Source: Devosiaceae bacterium (GTDB lineage Bacteria; Pseudomonadota; Alphaproteobacteria; Rhizobiales; Devosiaceae). Taken from it: a stretch of 46,206 nt of DNA. The DNA is taken from positions 1 to 46,206 of the forward strand of contig JAKISM010000001.1 of NCBI GenBank assembly GCA_021648585.1. Reading direction: 5' to 3'. Positions 31,000 through 40,534 of the stretch are shown in pieces (within the stretch, counting starts at the first letter, position 1; every line of letters begins with the position of its first letter). Position numbers and translations under genes: made by a program. The notes under the pieces are model-generated. The model did not search any database, was not told the origin of the DNA, and saw nothing but the letters and a program-made list of their open reading frames with translations.

Positions 31000-32028
31000 A
31001 TGGTTGACACACGCTTTCATGCCTTTAGTGGCAAAATTTCAATAAAAGACTTGCTTAAAAAAGTAGGATTTGAAGAACTTGCTCCAAGTGGCCGTGAGGA
31101 TGAACAAATAATCTCTGGTGCTAACGAACTCCAAAATGCAAAGCCCAATGAAATTTCACTAGCAGCAAATAGAAAATATCTTGAACTCTTATCCAAAACT
31201 AATGCTGGTTGTGTCATTGTTCATAAATCTATTATTGAGGCAGTTCCAAATGGTACTTTAGCAATTTTAGCAAAAGATCCACACTTAGTTTTTACCAAGA
31301 TATTAGAAGGACTATATCCACGAGGGGCAAAGAACAGAATATTGAGAAGCCAAATTGAGCCTAAACAAAACCTAGAAAAAGATGTGTTCCTATCGAAGGG
31401 GGTGGTTTTGGGCGACAATGTTGAAATAGGTGCCGAGACATTCTTGGGGGCTAATGTAACAATAGGAGATGGAGTAACAATAGGAAGAAATTGTGTAATT
31501 GAAGCAAATTCCTCAATTATTTGTTCTCATATTGGCGATGAAGTTATTATTCATTCTGGCGTAAGAGTTGGCACTGAGGGGTTTGGCTGGCTTGATATTG
31601 CAAAATCTAATATTAAGATTCCGCAATTAGGTCGGGTGATTATTCAAGATAAGGTTGAAATTGGTGCAAATTCTACTATTGATAGAGGAGCGCTTGGGGA
31701 TACTACTATTGGTGAAGGGACAAAAATAGACAATTTGGTACAAATTGGTCATAATTGTAATATTGGTAGATATTGCCTCATTGCAGCTACTACTGGGCTT
31801 GCGGGATCAACTAATATAGGTGATAATTGTCTTTTAGGAGGCGGGGTTGGATCGGCTGGGCATTTAAGTGTAGGGGCTAATTCTATTATACATGGGCGAG
31901 CAGCCGTTACCAAAGATTGGCCACAAGGATCTAGAATAATTGGCGCTCCTGCTCAAGATACTAAGTCCTTTTGGAAAGAGTTAGCTGCCCTAAAAGGCTT
32001 AGTGAAAAATAAAGATGAGAAGATTTAA
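31000..32028 (+). CDS. lpxD: UDP-3-O-acylglucosamine N-acyltransferase
   Basis: 342 aa with an N-terminal uridine-binding-like domain followed by a long run of hexapeptide repeats ([19 protein letters not shown]...). Located directly upstream of fabZ-lpxA. Confidence 0.9.
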   Translation: MVDTRFHAFSGKISIKDLLKKVGFEELAPSGREDEQIISGANELQNAKPNEISLAANRKYLELLSKTNAGCVIVHKSIIEAVPNGTLAILAKDPHLVFTKILEGLYPRGAKNRILRSQIEPKQNLEKDVFLSKGVVLGDNVEIGAETFLGANVTIGDGVTIGRNCVIEANSSIICSHIGDEVIIHSGVRVGTEGFGWLDIAKSNIKIPQLGRVIIQDKVEIGANSTIDRGALGDTTIGEGTKIDNLVQIGHNCNIGRYCLIAATTGLAGSTNIGDNCLLGGGVGSAGHLSVGANSIIHGRAAVTKDWPQGSRIIGAPAQDTKSFWKELAALKGLVKNKDEKI

Positions 32029-32030
32029 CA

Positions 32031-32483
32031 ATGAGTGAAAAAACCTGTTTGAACCTATCTGAAATAATGGATTGCCTTCCACAACGCTATCCATTTCTTA
32101 TGTTAGATAAAATTATAGAAATTGATGGTCATAAATCTGCCATTGGTATCAAGAATATTACTTTTAATGAACCTGTTTTTCAGGGACATTTTCCGGGAGA
32201 GCCTATCTTTCCGGGTGTTTTAATCATTGAAGGAATGGCGCAAACTGCTGGAGCGATTGTTATTGCTGAAGAAAGAGGTTCGGGAAAAAAGTTTGATGTT
32301 TATATGCTAACGATTGATAAAGCAAAATTTCGCAAACCAGTTGTACCTGGTGATAGGTTAGAATATCATCTTAAATTATTGAAAAGGCGTGGGCCAATAG
32401 GGCGTTATTTAGCAATAGCTAAAGTTGATGGAGTTGTGGTTGCTGAGGCTGAAGTTGGCGCTATGATGAGGGAAGCTAAATAA
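32031..32483 (+). CDS. fabZ: 3-hydroxyacyl-ACP dehydratase FabZ
   Basis: Hot-dog fold signature [22 protein letters not shown]; 150 aa. Confidence 0.95.
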   Translation: MSEKTCLNLSEIMDCLPQRYPFLMLDKIIEIDGHKSAIGIKNITFNEPVFQGHFPGEPIFPGVLIIEGMAQTAGAIVIAEERGSGKKFDVYMLTIDKAKFRKPVVPGDRLEYHLKLLKRRGPIGRYLAIAKVDGVVVAEAEVGAMMREAK

Positions 32484-32502
32484 TTAGGGATTTAAGTGAT
32501 CT

Positions 32503-33321
32503 ATGAGTAAGCAATTAGACAGCACAGTAATTCACCCAACTGCCATAGTTGAAGCAGGTGCTCAATTAGGTGTTGGCGTTCAAATTGGGCCATATTGTAT
32601 AGTTGGTAGTGAGGTTATTCTCAAAGATCACGTGGAGCTTGTTTCTCATGTTAGCATAGCAGGGAATACAGAAGTTGGCTCAAAGAGCAAAATATTTCCT
32701 TTTGCTAGCGTTGGACATCAACCCCAAGACCTTAAATATCACGGTGAGCCAAGCCGCCTTATAATTGGTGATAATTGCACAATTCGAGAAAATGCTACCC
32801 TTAATCCAGGAACAGAGGGTGGCGGATTATTGACACAAGTTGGTGATAATTGCTTACTAATGGCTGGAACGCATGTGGCGCACGATTGCATAGTTGGAAA
32901 TAATGTAATTATGGCAAACCTTAGTGGTTTAGCAGGTCATTGCGTAACAGGAGATTTTGTGACTATTGGCGGTATGGTGGTTGTGCATCAATTTGTAAGA
33001 ATTGGATCACACGCATTTATTGGCGCTCATTCAATGGTTGATTCAGATGTTATTCCTTATGGCATGGCAATGGGTAATCGAGCCAAACTATCGGGTCTTA
33101 ATATTGTTGGATTAAAGCGACGTGGTTTTAATCGTGATGAAATTCATACTCTTAGAGCAGCTTATCGTATGTTTTCTTCAGCTGAGGGAACTTTACGTGA
33201 AAGAGTTGATGACGCAAAAAGCCTTTTTTCTGGATCAGATCTTGTTCGTGAAGTTGCTGAATTTATAAATTCTGCTGAACGAGCAATTTGCTTGCCTCGT
33301 AATAGCAATAATGGTCAATAG
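32503..33321 (+). CDS. lpxA: Acyl-ACP-UDP-N-acetylglucosamine O-acyltransferase
   Basis: Left-handed beta-helix hexapeptide repeats from the N-terminus (IHPTAIVEAGAQLGVGVQIGPYCIVG...) and a C-terminal helical domain (GLNIVGLKRRGF). Position after fabZ fits. Confidence 0.92.
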   Translation: MSKQLDSTVIHPTAIVEAGAQLGVGVQIGPYCIVGSEVILKDHVELVSHVSIAGNTEVGSKSKIFPFASVGHQPQDLKYHGEPSRLIIGDNCTIRENATLNPGTEGGGLLTQVGDNCLLMAGTHVAHDCIVGNNVIMANLSGLAGHCVTGDFVTIGGMVVVHQFVRIGSHAFIGAHSMVDSDVIPYGMAMGNRAKLSGLNIVGLKRRGFNRDEIHTLRAAYRMFSSAEGTLRERVDDAKSLFSGSDLVREVAEFINSAERAICLPRNSNNGQ

Positions 33322-33348
33322 AAATATTAGAATTGGCAAAATAGGGTG

Positions 33349-34476
33349 ATGCAAGAATATAGCAAATCGATATTCATTTTAGCTGGAGAGCCTTCAGGGG
33401 ATAATATTGGAGCTGATTTAATTCGCTCTTTACAAAGGTTTTCAAAATTCAAAATCTATGGTGTTGGTGGTTCAAACATGCGCCAAGTTGGGCTTAGCTC
33501 TATATTTCCAATGAGTGATATTTCAGTAATGGGTTTTGCTGATGTAATAAAAAGACTTCCAAAATTATTGTGGCGCATAAGGCAGGTTGTTAATTTCATA
33601 ATTAAAAATTCACCAGATGTAGTTGTTCTGATAGATTCGCAGGAGTTCTCTTATTTAGTCGCAAAGCAATTAAGAAACAGAAATTACTCAAAACCAATAT
33701 TACTATATGTAGCTCCCGCTGTTTGGGCGTGGAAACCAGAACGTGCTATAAAACTTGAAAAAGTGTTTGATGAAATATTAGCGATATTTCCATTTGAGGT
33801 AGAAGTTATGAAAAACTTAAGGGGTCCTAAAACTTCTTATGTAGGGCACCCTTTATTGCAAAAATTAAAACATGAGAATGTCAAACAAACAAAACAAAAA
33901 GGCTTGGTTGCAATATATCCGGGCTCAAGAAAAGGTGAAATTCGCCGTCACCTACCAGTATTTTTGCAAATCTTACAAAGACTAAAAAATGAAACAGGCA
34001 TAGAGGAGTTTGTTTTGCCAACTTTGCCACATCTTGAAAATGATATAAAAAAACAAGTTAGTGGTTTGGATATATCAATCAAAGTAATTTCTGATAATAT
34101 AGAGCGCCAAGAGGCACTAAAACAAACTAAATTTGCAATAGTTAGCATGGGCACAATTACCCTTGAATTAGCTTTAGAGGGCGTTGCAATGGTTGGAACA
34201 TATATTCCTGATAACATGCAAATGCGCCATTTCAAAAAGGCAGGCATGCCATTAATCAGCTTACCCAATATCCTATTAGGTAAAGAAATAATTCCAGAAA
34301 TCTTTCCAGATAAAAACCTAACAGATAATCTTTATAAGTTTGCAAAAGAATTATTGCTCAATGATGATAAAAGGAAAGCGCAAAAACAATCATTTCAAAA
34401 AATGACCACTATCTTGCAAACTGGACAAGTTTCAAAAAAACAAGATCCAGCCTCAAGAGTAATTTCCTATTTGTAA
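33349..34476 (+). CDS. lpxB: Lipid-A-disaccharide synthase
   Basis: The N-terminus IFILAGEPSGDNIGADLIRSL is typical of LpxB. About 375 aa. I prefer the ATG at 33349 over the adjacent GTG at 33346. Confidence 0.9.
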   Translation: MQEYSKSIFILAGEPSGDNIGADLIRSLQRFSKFKIYGVGGSNMRQVGLSSIFPMSDISVMGFADVIKRLPKLLWRIRQVVNFIIKNSPDVVVLIDSQEFSYLVAKQLRNRNYSKPILLYVAPAVWAWKPERAIKLEKVFDEILAIFPFEVEVMKNLRGPKTSYVGHPLLQKLKHENVKQTKQKGLVAIYPGSRKGEIRRHLPVFLQILQRLKNETGIEEFVLPTLPHLENDIKKQVSGLDISIKVISDNIERQEALKQTKFAIVSMGTITLELALEGVAMVGTYIPDNMQMRHFKKAGMPLISLPNILLGKEIIPEIFPDKNLTDNLYKFAKELLLNDDKRKAQKQSFQKMTTILQTGQVSKKQDPASRVISYL

Positions 34477-34479
34477 GAC

Positions 34480-35769
34480 CTAGCGTTTATCAATCGCAAC
34501 ATAATCACGATAGGCCGATCCGTCATAAAGTTGACGAGGGCGACCAATTTTCTTTTGTTTATCGCCAATCATTTCTTTCCATTGTGCAATCCAGCCAACC
34601 GTGCGTGAAAGTGCAAAAATAGCTGTAAACATAGAAGTTGGAAATCCAATAGCGTTCAAAATTATTCCTGAATAAAAATCAACATTTGGATAAAGTTTAC
34701 GCTCAACAAAATAAGGATCTTCAAGAGCGATTTTTTCTAACTCACGAGCTACTTGCAACGTTGGATTATTACTAACCCCCATAAGTTCAAGCACTTCTTT
34801 CGCTGATTCTTGCATAACTTTAGCGCGTGGATCGTAAGATTTATAAACCCTATGCCCAAAACCCATTAAACGAAATGGATCGTTTTTATCTTTGGCTCGT
34901 GCAACATATTCAGGAATATTATCCACAGTGCCAATTTCTCGTAACATATTAAGCGCTGCCTCATTAGCGCCACCATGCGCTGGCCCCCAAAGACAAGCAA
35001 CACCTGCCGCAATACAAGCAAATGGATTGGCATCAGAAGAACCTGCAAGCCTAACCGTTGAGGTTGAGGCATTTTGTTCGTGATCTGCATGAAGAGTGAA
35101 AATCCTATCCATAGCTTTTGATAGAATTGGATCAATTTTATAATCTTCAGTAGGCACAGAAAAACACATATGCAAGAAATTCTCAGCATAATTAAGATCG
35201 TTTCGTGGATAGACAAATGGTTGACCAATAGAATATTTATAGGCATTTGCTGCAATAGTTGGCATCTTTGCTATCATACGAATTGAAGCAATTTCACGTT
35301 GCTCAGGATCGTTTATATCCGTGCTATCATGATAAAAGGCTGCCATTGCTCCAACAACACCACAAACGATAGCCATAGGGTGTGCATCACGTCTAAAACC
35401 GTGATAAAGCTGGTGCATTTGCTCATGCATCATTGTGTGGCGAGTTACCCGAGTTTCAAAGGCTTCAAGTTCTGAACTTGATGGCAGGTTACCATAAAGA
35501 AGTAAAAAGCAAACTTCAAGGAAATGACTATCATCTGCTAATTGATCAATTGGATATCCACGATATAATAATTCACCCTTATCACCATCAATATATGTAA
35601 TTGAGCTATCACAAGCGGCAGTAGAGGTGAAACCGGGATCGTAAGTAAATAAACCAGTTTGAGCATATAGCGAGCGAATATCAATTACTGAGGGGCCGAC
35701 AGTTCCATCAAGAATTGGAAATTCAAATGTTTTATCACCAATCGTTAATTTTGCTTTTTGTTTTGTCAT
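34480..35769 (-). CDS. gltA: Citrate synthase (429 aa)
   Basis: Contains [14 protein letters not shown] and [15 protein letters not shown] prefer the start at 35769 ([12 protein letters not shown]), preceded by AAGGGGA; the 23 upstream codons of the track ORF have no homology-like features. Confidence 0.95.
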   Translation of the reverse strand: MTKQKAKLTIGDKTFEFPILDGTVGPSVIDIRSLYAQTGLFTYDPGFTSTAACDSSITYIDGDKGELLYRGYPIDQLADDSHFLEVCFLLLYGNLPSSSELEAFETRVTRHTMMHEQMHQLYHGFRRDAHPMAIVCGVVGAMAAFYHDSTDINDPEQREIASIRMIAKMPTIAANAYKYSIGQPFVYPRNDLNYAENFLHMCFSVPTEDYKIDPILSKAMDRIFTLHADHEQNASTSTVRLAGSSDANPFACIAAGVACLWGPAHGGANEAALNMLREIGTVDNIPEYVARAKDKNDPFRLMGFGHRVYKSYDPRAKVMQESAKEVLELMGVSNNPTLQVARELEKIALEDPYFVERKLYPNVDFYSGIILNAIGFPTSMFTAIFALSRTVGWIAQWKEMIGDKQKKIGRPRQLYDGSAYRDYVAIDKR

Positions 35770-35929
35770 TGAGTTCCCCTTAATAATTGAAATTGCCAGA
35801 GAGTTGGCTAACCGATGGATAAGATTTTTAATATCCACTAGCTTATTTTAATGAATGAATCATTCGTTGCGCTCTTGGTATTAGATTTATGGCACTTATG
35901 CAACCAGCATGCACTAAACTTAGGCAGTT

Positions 35930-37351
35930 TTACTTAAATGTCGCTTGATCTTTTAATCTATTAAGTGATTCGTCTTTACCAATTAATACCATAACATCAA
36001 AAATCGAAGGAGAGGCGGCGCTTCCAGTTAAGGCAGCTCTTAGTGGTTGGGCAACTTTACCTAGTTTTTGCTCGTTCTCATCAGCAAATTCCTTAATCTG
36101 GTTTTTGATTTCCTCAAGCGACCAATTTGTTAAATCATTCAATTTTGTAATAATTTTGCCAATCATTATTTTATTCTCATCTGTTAAGATGTTGCTGGCC
36201 TTTTCATCTAATTGCAAAGGGCGAGTGGCATATATAAATCTTGCTAACTCAATTAGATCTAAAATTGTCTTTGCTCTTGGTTTTAACTCTTTAAGAGCGC
36301 TAAGGACGGTTTCTTTATTAGCCATCAGACCTTCTTCGTCAAAGGTTAGCTCTAATTCTTTGCACAATGATATCATTATTTCAAACAGCTCTATTTCGTC
36401 GCTTTGCTTAATATAATGAGCATTAAGGTTTGCCAATTTTACAAAATCAAATCTTGAAGCACCTTTATTTAGGTCGTCAAGATCAAACCAATTAATCATT
36501 TGCTCTGTTGAAAATACCTCATCGTTCCCATGAGACCAGCCCAAGCGTGCTAAATAATTGCGTATGGCTTTGGGCAAATATCCCATTTTCCTATAAGCAT
36601 CGACACCAAGCGCTCCATGTCTTTTAGATAATTTTGCGCCGTCTGCGCCATGAATTAGCGGGATATGCGCCATTTCAGGAACGTCCCAACCTAGCGCATT
36701 ATATATCATAATTTGGCGAGCCGCATTTGTTAAATGATCGTCACCACGAATAATATGCGTAATACCCATATCATGATCGTCAACTACAACGGCTAACATA
36801 TAGGTCGGAGTTCCATTTGAGCGCAGGATAATAAAATCATCAAAATTATCACTGTTAAATTTCACATCGCCTTGCACATGATCTTTGACAATTATTTCTT
36901 TTGAGAGTTCTATTTTTAGGCGGATTACTGGCTCTATACCTGTTGGCACGCTCGCATCGCTCAAATCACGACATTTACCGCTATATTTTGATGCCAATCC
37001 TTTTGCCTTTGCTTCCTCACGCATTTTTACTAATTCTTCTGATGAGCAATAACATCTATAAGCAAGGTTATTTTCAACTAGTTGCTCAGCTATTTCCTTA
37101 TGGCGTTCAGCGTTTGCAATTTGCGAAACTGGCTCATCGTCCCAATCTATGCCAAGCCAACTCAAGCCATCAAGAATAGCTTCTTGGGCTGCATCAGTTG
37201 ATCGCTTCTGATCAGTATCTTCAATTCTTAAAAGCATTTTGCCATTATTTTTTTTGGCATAGACCCAATTAAACAAAGCAGTTCTAGCCCCACCAATATG
37301 TAAATAACCAGTGGGAGAGGGGGCAAATCTAGTAATTACTTGTCTTGGCAT
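35930..37351 (-). CDS. gltX: Glutamate-tRNA ligase
   Basis: RFAPSPTGYLHIGGARTALFNW (HIGH region) and KLSKR (KMSKS region). The start is uncertain: ATG at 37351 (MPRQVITRFAPSPTG) is preferred, with alternatives ATG 37369 and TTG 37411. Confidence 0.9.
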   Translation of the reverse strand: MPRQVITRFAPSPTGYLHIGGARTALFNWVYAKKNNGKMLLRIEDTDQKRSTDAAQEAILDGLSWLGIDWDDEPVSQIANAERHKEIAEQLVENNLAYRCYCSSEELVKMREEAKAKGLASKYSGKCRDLSDASVPTGIEPVIRLKIELSKEIIVKDHVQGDVKFNSDNFDDFIILRSNGTPTYMLAVVVDDHDMGITHIIRGDDHLTNAARQIMIYNALGWDVPEMAHIPLIHGADGAKLSKRHGALGVDAYRKMGYLPKAIRNYLARLGWSHGNDEVFSTEQMINWFDLDDLNKGASRFDFVKLANLNAHYIKQSDEIELFEIMISLCKELELTFDEEGLMANKETVLSALKELKPRAKTILDLIELARFIYATRPLQLDEKASNILTDENKIMIGKIITKLNDLTNWSLEEIKNQIKEFADENEQKLGKVAQPLRAALTGSAASPSIFDVMVLIGKDESLNRLKDQATFK

Positions 37352-37473
37352 TTGTTTGTAAGCTTTCATAATGCTGATTGAATTTTTCTTAATGGTGTGT
37401 AGCATAGGCAAATCTTAGCGCAAGGAACAAATCCAAAATTAAAGCTAGAATAAGGAAAATAGGGTCAAATTCA

Positions 37474-39549
37474 TTGGGGAAAATTGAAGGCCAAATTGCA
37501 AATTTAATTAACAAATTTAACGAGGCAATCTATCAAAAGAGATTATTCATTCTAATGATTTTCATGATGATCTTTGGTATAATTATTTATAGTGTTCTAT
37601 CGTTTGAGCCAAGCTGGTTTGTTGTAATTTTTAGTGGGTTTATATTACTATCATTATTAATTTGGCAAATAATAAAGGGCAATTTGAATATCTCTTTAAT
37701 TTTGCTTTTCTCTATCTGGGTTGGGTTTATTTTATTACCAATTCACGCTCAGATATTTGGCACACAAATGCTCAAATATCCTTCTTTCGGCTCTTATCAA
37801 GCAAAAGTAATAAAAGTGCTTTCATTAAGAGATGATGGGCAAAGAATTATAGTTGCAAATATCAATGCCCTAGAGAGCTCACGTGATTTACCAATTAGAA
37901 ATGCTAGATTATTTATTCGCAAAGGACCTATTTTAGAAGCCGGAGATATTATTGAAGGCAAAATGCGATTTGCACCAGTGCCTAGCCCCGTTACCGTAGG
38001 CGGCTATGATTCACAGTTTCAATCTTATTTTGTTGGGATTGGAGCATTTGCCAGCACCACAAACGCTCCAAAAATTATAGCAAAACAAAATAATTTTTCG
38101 TTTAAGGCTTTCATTGATCAATCCCGCTTTAATATTGGCAAAAGGATAAGTTCAGCATTGCAAGAGCCAGCAAAAGGCATTGCCTTAGCGCTTATTGTTG
38201 GCGATCAAAGCAATATAAAAGATGTAACACGTACAAAAATGGCAACAGCAGGCCTTGCGCATATGCTGGCTATTTCTGGGCTTCATCTATCATTAGTTGC
38301 GGGCGGAGTTTTTGCTTTTGTTAGAATTGCCCTATCACTTTCATATTCATTTACTCAGCGCTTTGCAGTTAAAAAAATAAGCGCCATAATGGGTATTTTA
38401 GCGGCATTAATATATCTTGCTCTATCAGGGGCAAGCGTTTCTGCGGTTCGAGCAACAATTATGCTAATATTGATATTTGGAGCGGTAATTGTTGGGCGCA
38501 AGGCCTTAACAATGAGAAATGTTGCCTTTGCAGCATTGTTTGTTATTATACTTGATCCGAGCGCAATTTTTTTACCAAGCTTCCAACTGTCATTTGCAGC
38601 AGTTGTAGCTCTAATTGCAACTTATGAAGTGTTTAGGCAAAAAGTCAGCAAAAGGCTTGGCTTTGCCTCAGGCATATTGCAGTTCTTTTTAGCCCTTGCA
38701 TCAACAAGCATAATTGCTGGGCTAGCTACCGCAATTTTTGCTGCCTATCATTTCCAGCAAATTGCACCACTTGGTGTTTTAGGAAATTTAGCCGCTCTAC
38801 CGATTTTAACTTTTTTTGTTTTGCCTGCCGCCTTTATCGCAGTTTTGCTTATGCCGCTCGGGCTAGAAGCACCGCTATTAAATGTCATGGGTTGGGCAAT
38901 AAATCTAATATTAAATATTGCACAAAGAGTTGCAAATTTAAGCGAAGGGCTTGGTGTTAATTTTATCTTGCTGCCCATATCGCTAATTATAGGCCTAATC
39001 GCATTTGCTTGGTTTGCTTTTTTTATTGGTAGATTAAAATTCTTGGGGCCAATATTAGCTTTGCCTTTAATATTTATTTTTGCTCTTGATAGGCAACCAG
39101 ATATTTTAATTTCTGCTTCAACAAAGGCCGTTGCAATTAGAGGTAATGATTTAGCAAATGGTGAATATGGCTTAGGGCTAATTGCGGGCAGGTTAAATTC
39201 TTTTACAACCAATGCTTGGCAAGATACTTATCAAGAGGAAATTGCAGCAAGATTAGATAGTGCATTATGCGATGAAATAGCGTGCTTTTATAATAGTCCA
39301 ATTGGGTTTTCAGTCTCCTTAGTCAAACAAACAAGAAGAGCATTTATTGAGGATTGCGCTATTGCTGATTTAGTAATCACTCGATTAAAAGCCCCAAATT
39401 ATTGTAAAGAAATAACACAAGTTATTGATATTGAAAATATACGAAATGAAGGTATGCAATGGCTTTATTGGAATGAAAAACAACAAGATTTTATTATAAG
39501 GCCTGCTATTTCAAGCAATAATCGCCCTTGGAGATTAGGCAATTATTAA
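37474..39549 (+). CDS. comEC: ComEC/Rec2 family membrane protein
   Basis: 691-aa polytopic protein with the competence-domain motif AGLAHMLAISGLHLSLV. It is divergent from gltX, as in many alphaproteobacteria. The exact start is uncertain; the TTG at 37474 is the most upstream option. Confidence 0.8.
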   Translation: MGKIEGQIANLINKFNEAIYQKRLFILMIFMMIFGIIIYSVLSFEPSWFVVIFSGFILLSLLIWQIIKGNLNISLILLFSIWVGFILLPIHAQIFGTQMLKYPSFGSYQAKVIKVLSLRDDGQRIIVANINALESSRDLPIRNARLFIRKGPILEAGDIIEGKMRFAPVPSPVTVGGYDSQFQSYFVGIGAFASTTNAPKIIAKQNNFSFKAFIDQSRFNIGKRISSALQEPAKGIALALIVGDQSNIKDVTRTKMATAGLAHMLAISGLHLSLVAGGVFAFVRIALSLSYSFTQRFAVKKISAIMGILAALIYLALSGASVSAVRATIMLILIFGAVIVGRKALTMRNVAFAALFVIILDPSAIFLPSFQLSFAAVVALIATYEVFRQKVSKRLGFASGILQFFLALASTSIIAGLATAIFAAYHFQQIAPLGVLGNLAALPILTFFVLPAAFIAVLLMPLGLEAPLLNVMGWAINLILNIAQRVANLSEGLGVNFILLPISLIIGLIAFAWFAFFIGRLKFLGPILALPLIFIFALDRQPDILISASTKAVAIRGNDLANGEYGLGLIAGRLNSFTTNAWQDTYQEEIAARLDSALCDEIACFYNSPIGFSVSLVKQTRRAFIEDCAIADLVITRLKAPNYCKEITQVIDIENIRNEGMQWLYWNEKQQDFIIRPAISSNNRPWRLGNY

Positions 39550-40424
39550 TCGTCATTATCTTTAATGTTATCACTAGTTTTCTTTTTAGTCTGCGAAATA
39601 TTCTTTTCAATATCTTGTGGGGTTTTTATTGGGTCTGATAATTTTATAGCAAGACTATCTTCGTTGAAAATTATTTCAAAATATTCAGCTAACTCATAGC
39701 AAAATAATAATTCAGAAACCCAACCATCATAAAAGGCGTTTGCCTCACCACAATTTTTGGCTCTTAAATTAAATTTATTTGGAAAACTATACTCCCGCAA
39801 AACACCATTGATTGCATTTTCTAATAATTTACCTTCCTGCAATAATTTCCTAATTGCAATAGATCCTGTGCCCCGATCATAAAACGCTCTAATATTTAGA
39901 TCTGAGGGGACATTCTTCTTGTGTGGTTTTAGAACTTTTTCCCAACTTTCTTGCGCTAAAATATAATCATAATAACAAGATTCTTGACGCAATTCGTCTA
40001 TCCCAAGCTTAACAGCAACCTGCTTAAAAGCTTCCTTGTTCTTGCCAATCATTAAGCAAACTATCTGATAAGCCCTTTGCACATCAAGAGCATGTTCAGC
40101 ATAAAAAGCTTCGTTTGAAACTATATCATCATTCTGATCTACGCTCGATAAAAACCATCCATTGGCACTATCAATAAGAATGTTGTTTGCTTCATCACTT
40201 TCAATTTTTAATAGTTCAAGAGTTGCAAAATTATCTGCAACATTTTCTTCACGACCCAAAATTGGAATATCTAATTCAGAAATTAATAAATGACCTATTT
40301 CGTGATAGAGAATGAAAAGAGAATTATTGAAAACAAATTCATTTGTTCTGTCTTTTTGCTCTGTTTGCGCAAAAGAAAAACTACTAAAACCAAAGATAAA
40401 AACAAAAAATAAAACTACTCGCAT
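39546..40424 (-). CDS. Secreted HExxH zinc-metallopeptidase-like protein (DUF4344-like), function unknown
   Basis: Signal peptide MRVVLFFVFIFGFSSFSFA, then LYHEIGHLLISELDIPILGREENVADNFA (HExxH followed by the GrEE.aD pattern). Visibly AT-rich. Its stop overlaps the comEC stop (TTAA). I prefer the ATG at 40424 over the GTG at 40445. Confidence 0.65.
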   Translation of the reverse strand: MRVVLFFVFIFGFSSFSFAQTEQKDRTNEFVFNNSLFILYHEIGHLLISELDIPILGREENVADNFATLELLKIESDEANNILIDSANGWFLSSVDQNDDIVSNEAFYAEHALDVQRAYQIVCLMIGKNKEAFKQVAVKLGIDELRQESCYYDYILAQESWEKVLKPHKKNVPSDLNIRAFYDRGTGSIAIRKLLQEGKLLENAINGVLREYSFPNKFNLRAKNCGEANAFYDGWVSELLFCYELAEYFEIIFNEDSLAIKLSDPIKTPQDIEKNISQTKKKTSDNIKDNDD

Positions 40425-40534
40425 AACAAATCCAAAAATTACCACTCAAACTATATTAGTTATTGATTGGTGAGCAGTCAAACAATGTCAAATCACATTG
40501 TAGCTGAAGAAGTCAAACTTTAACTATATAGCCT

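Noticed and set aside
34474-34482. Convergent lpxB and gltA stop codons are separated by only 3 nt. The same arrangement occurs for comEC / metallopeptidase (overlapping TTAA at 39546-39549) and GtrA / GT-C (4 nt).
   Set aside because: This implies overlapping 3' UTRs or read-through, but tight convergent packing is common in compact genomes and is not evidence of a specific mechanism. It is recorded only as context.
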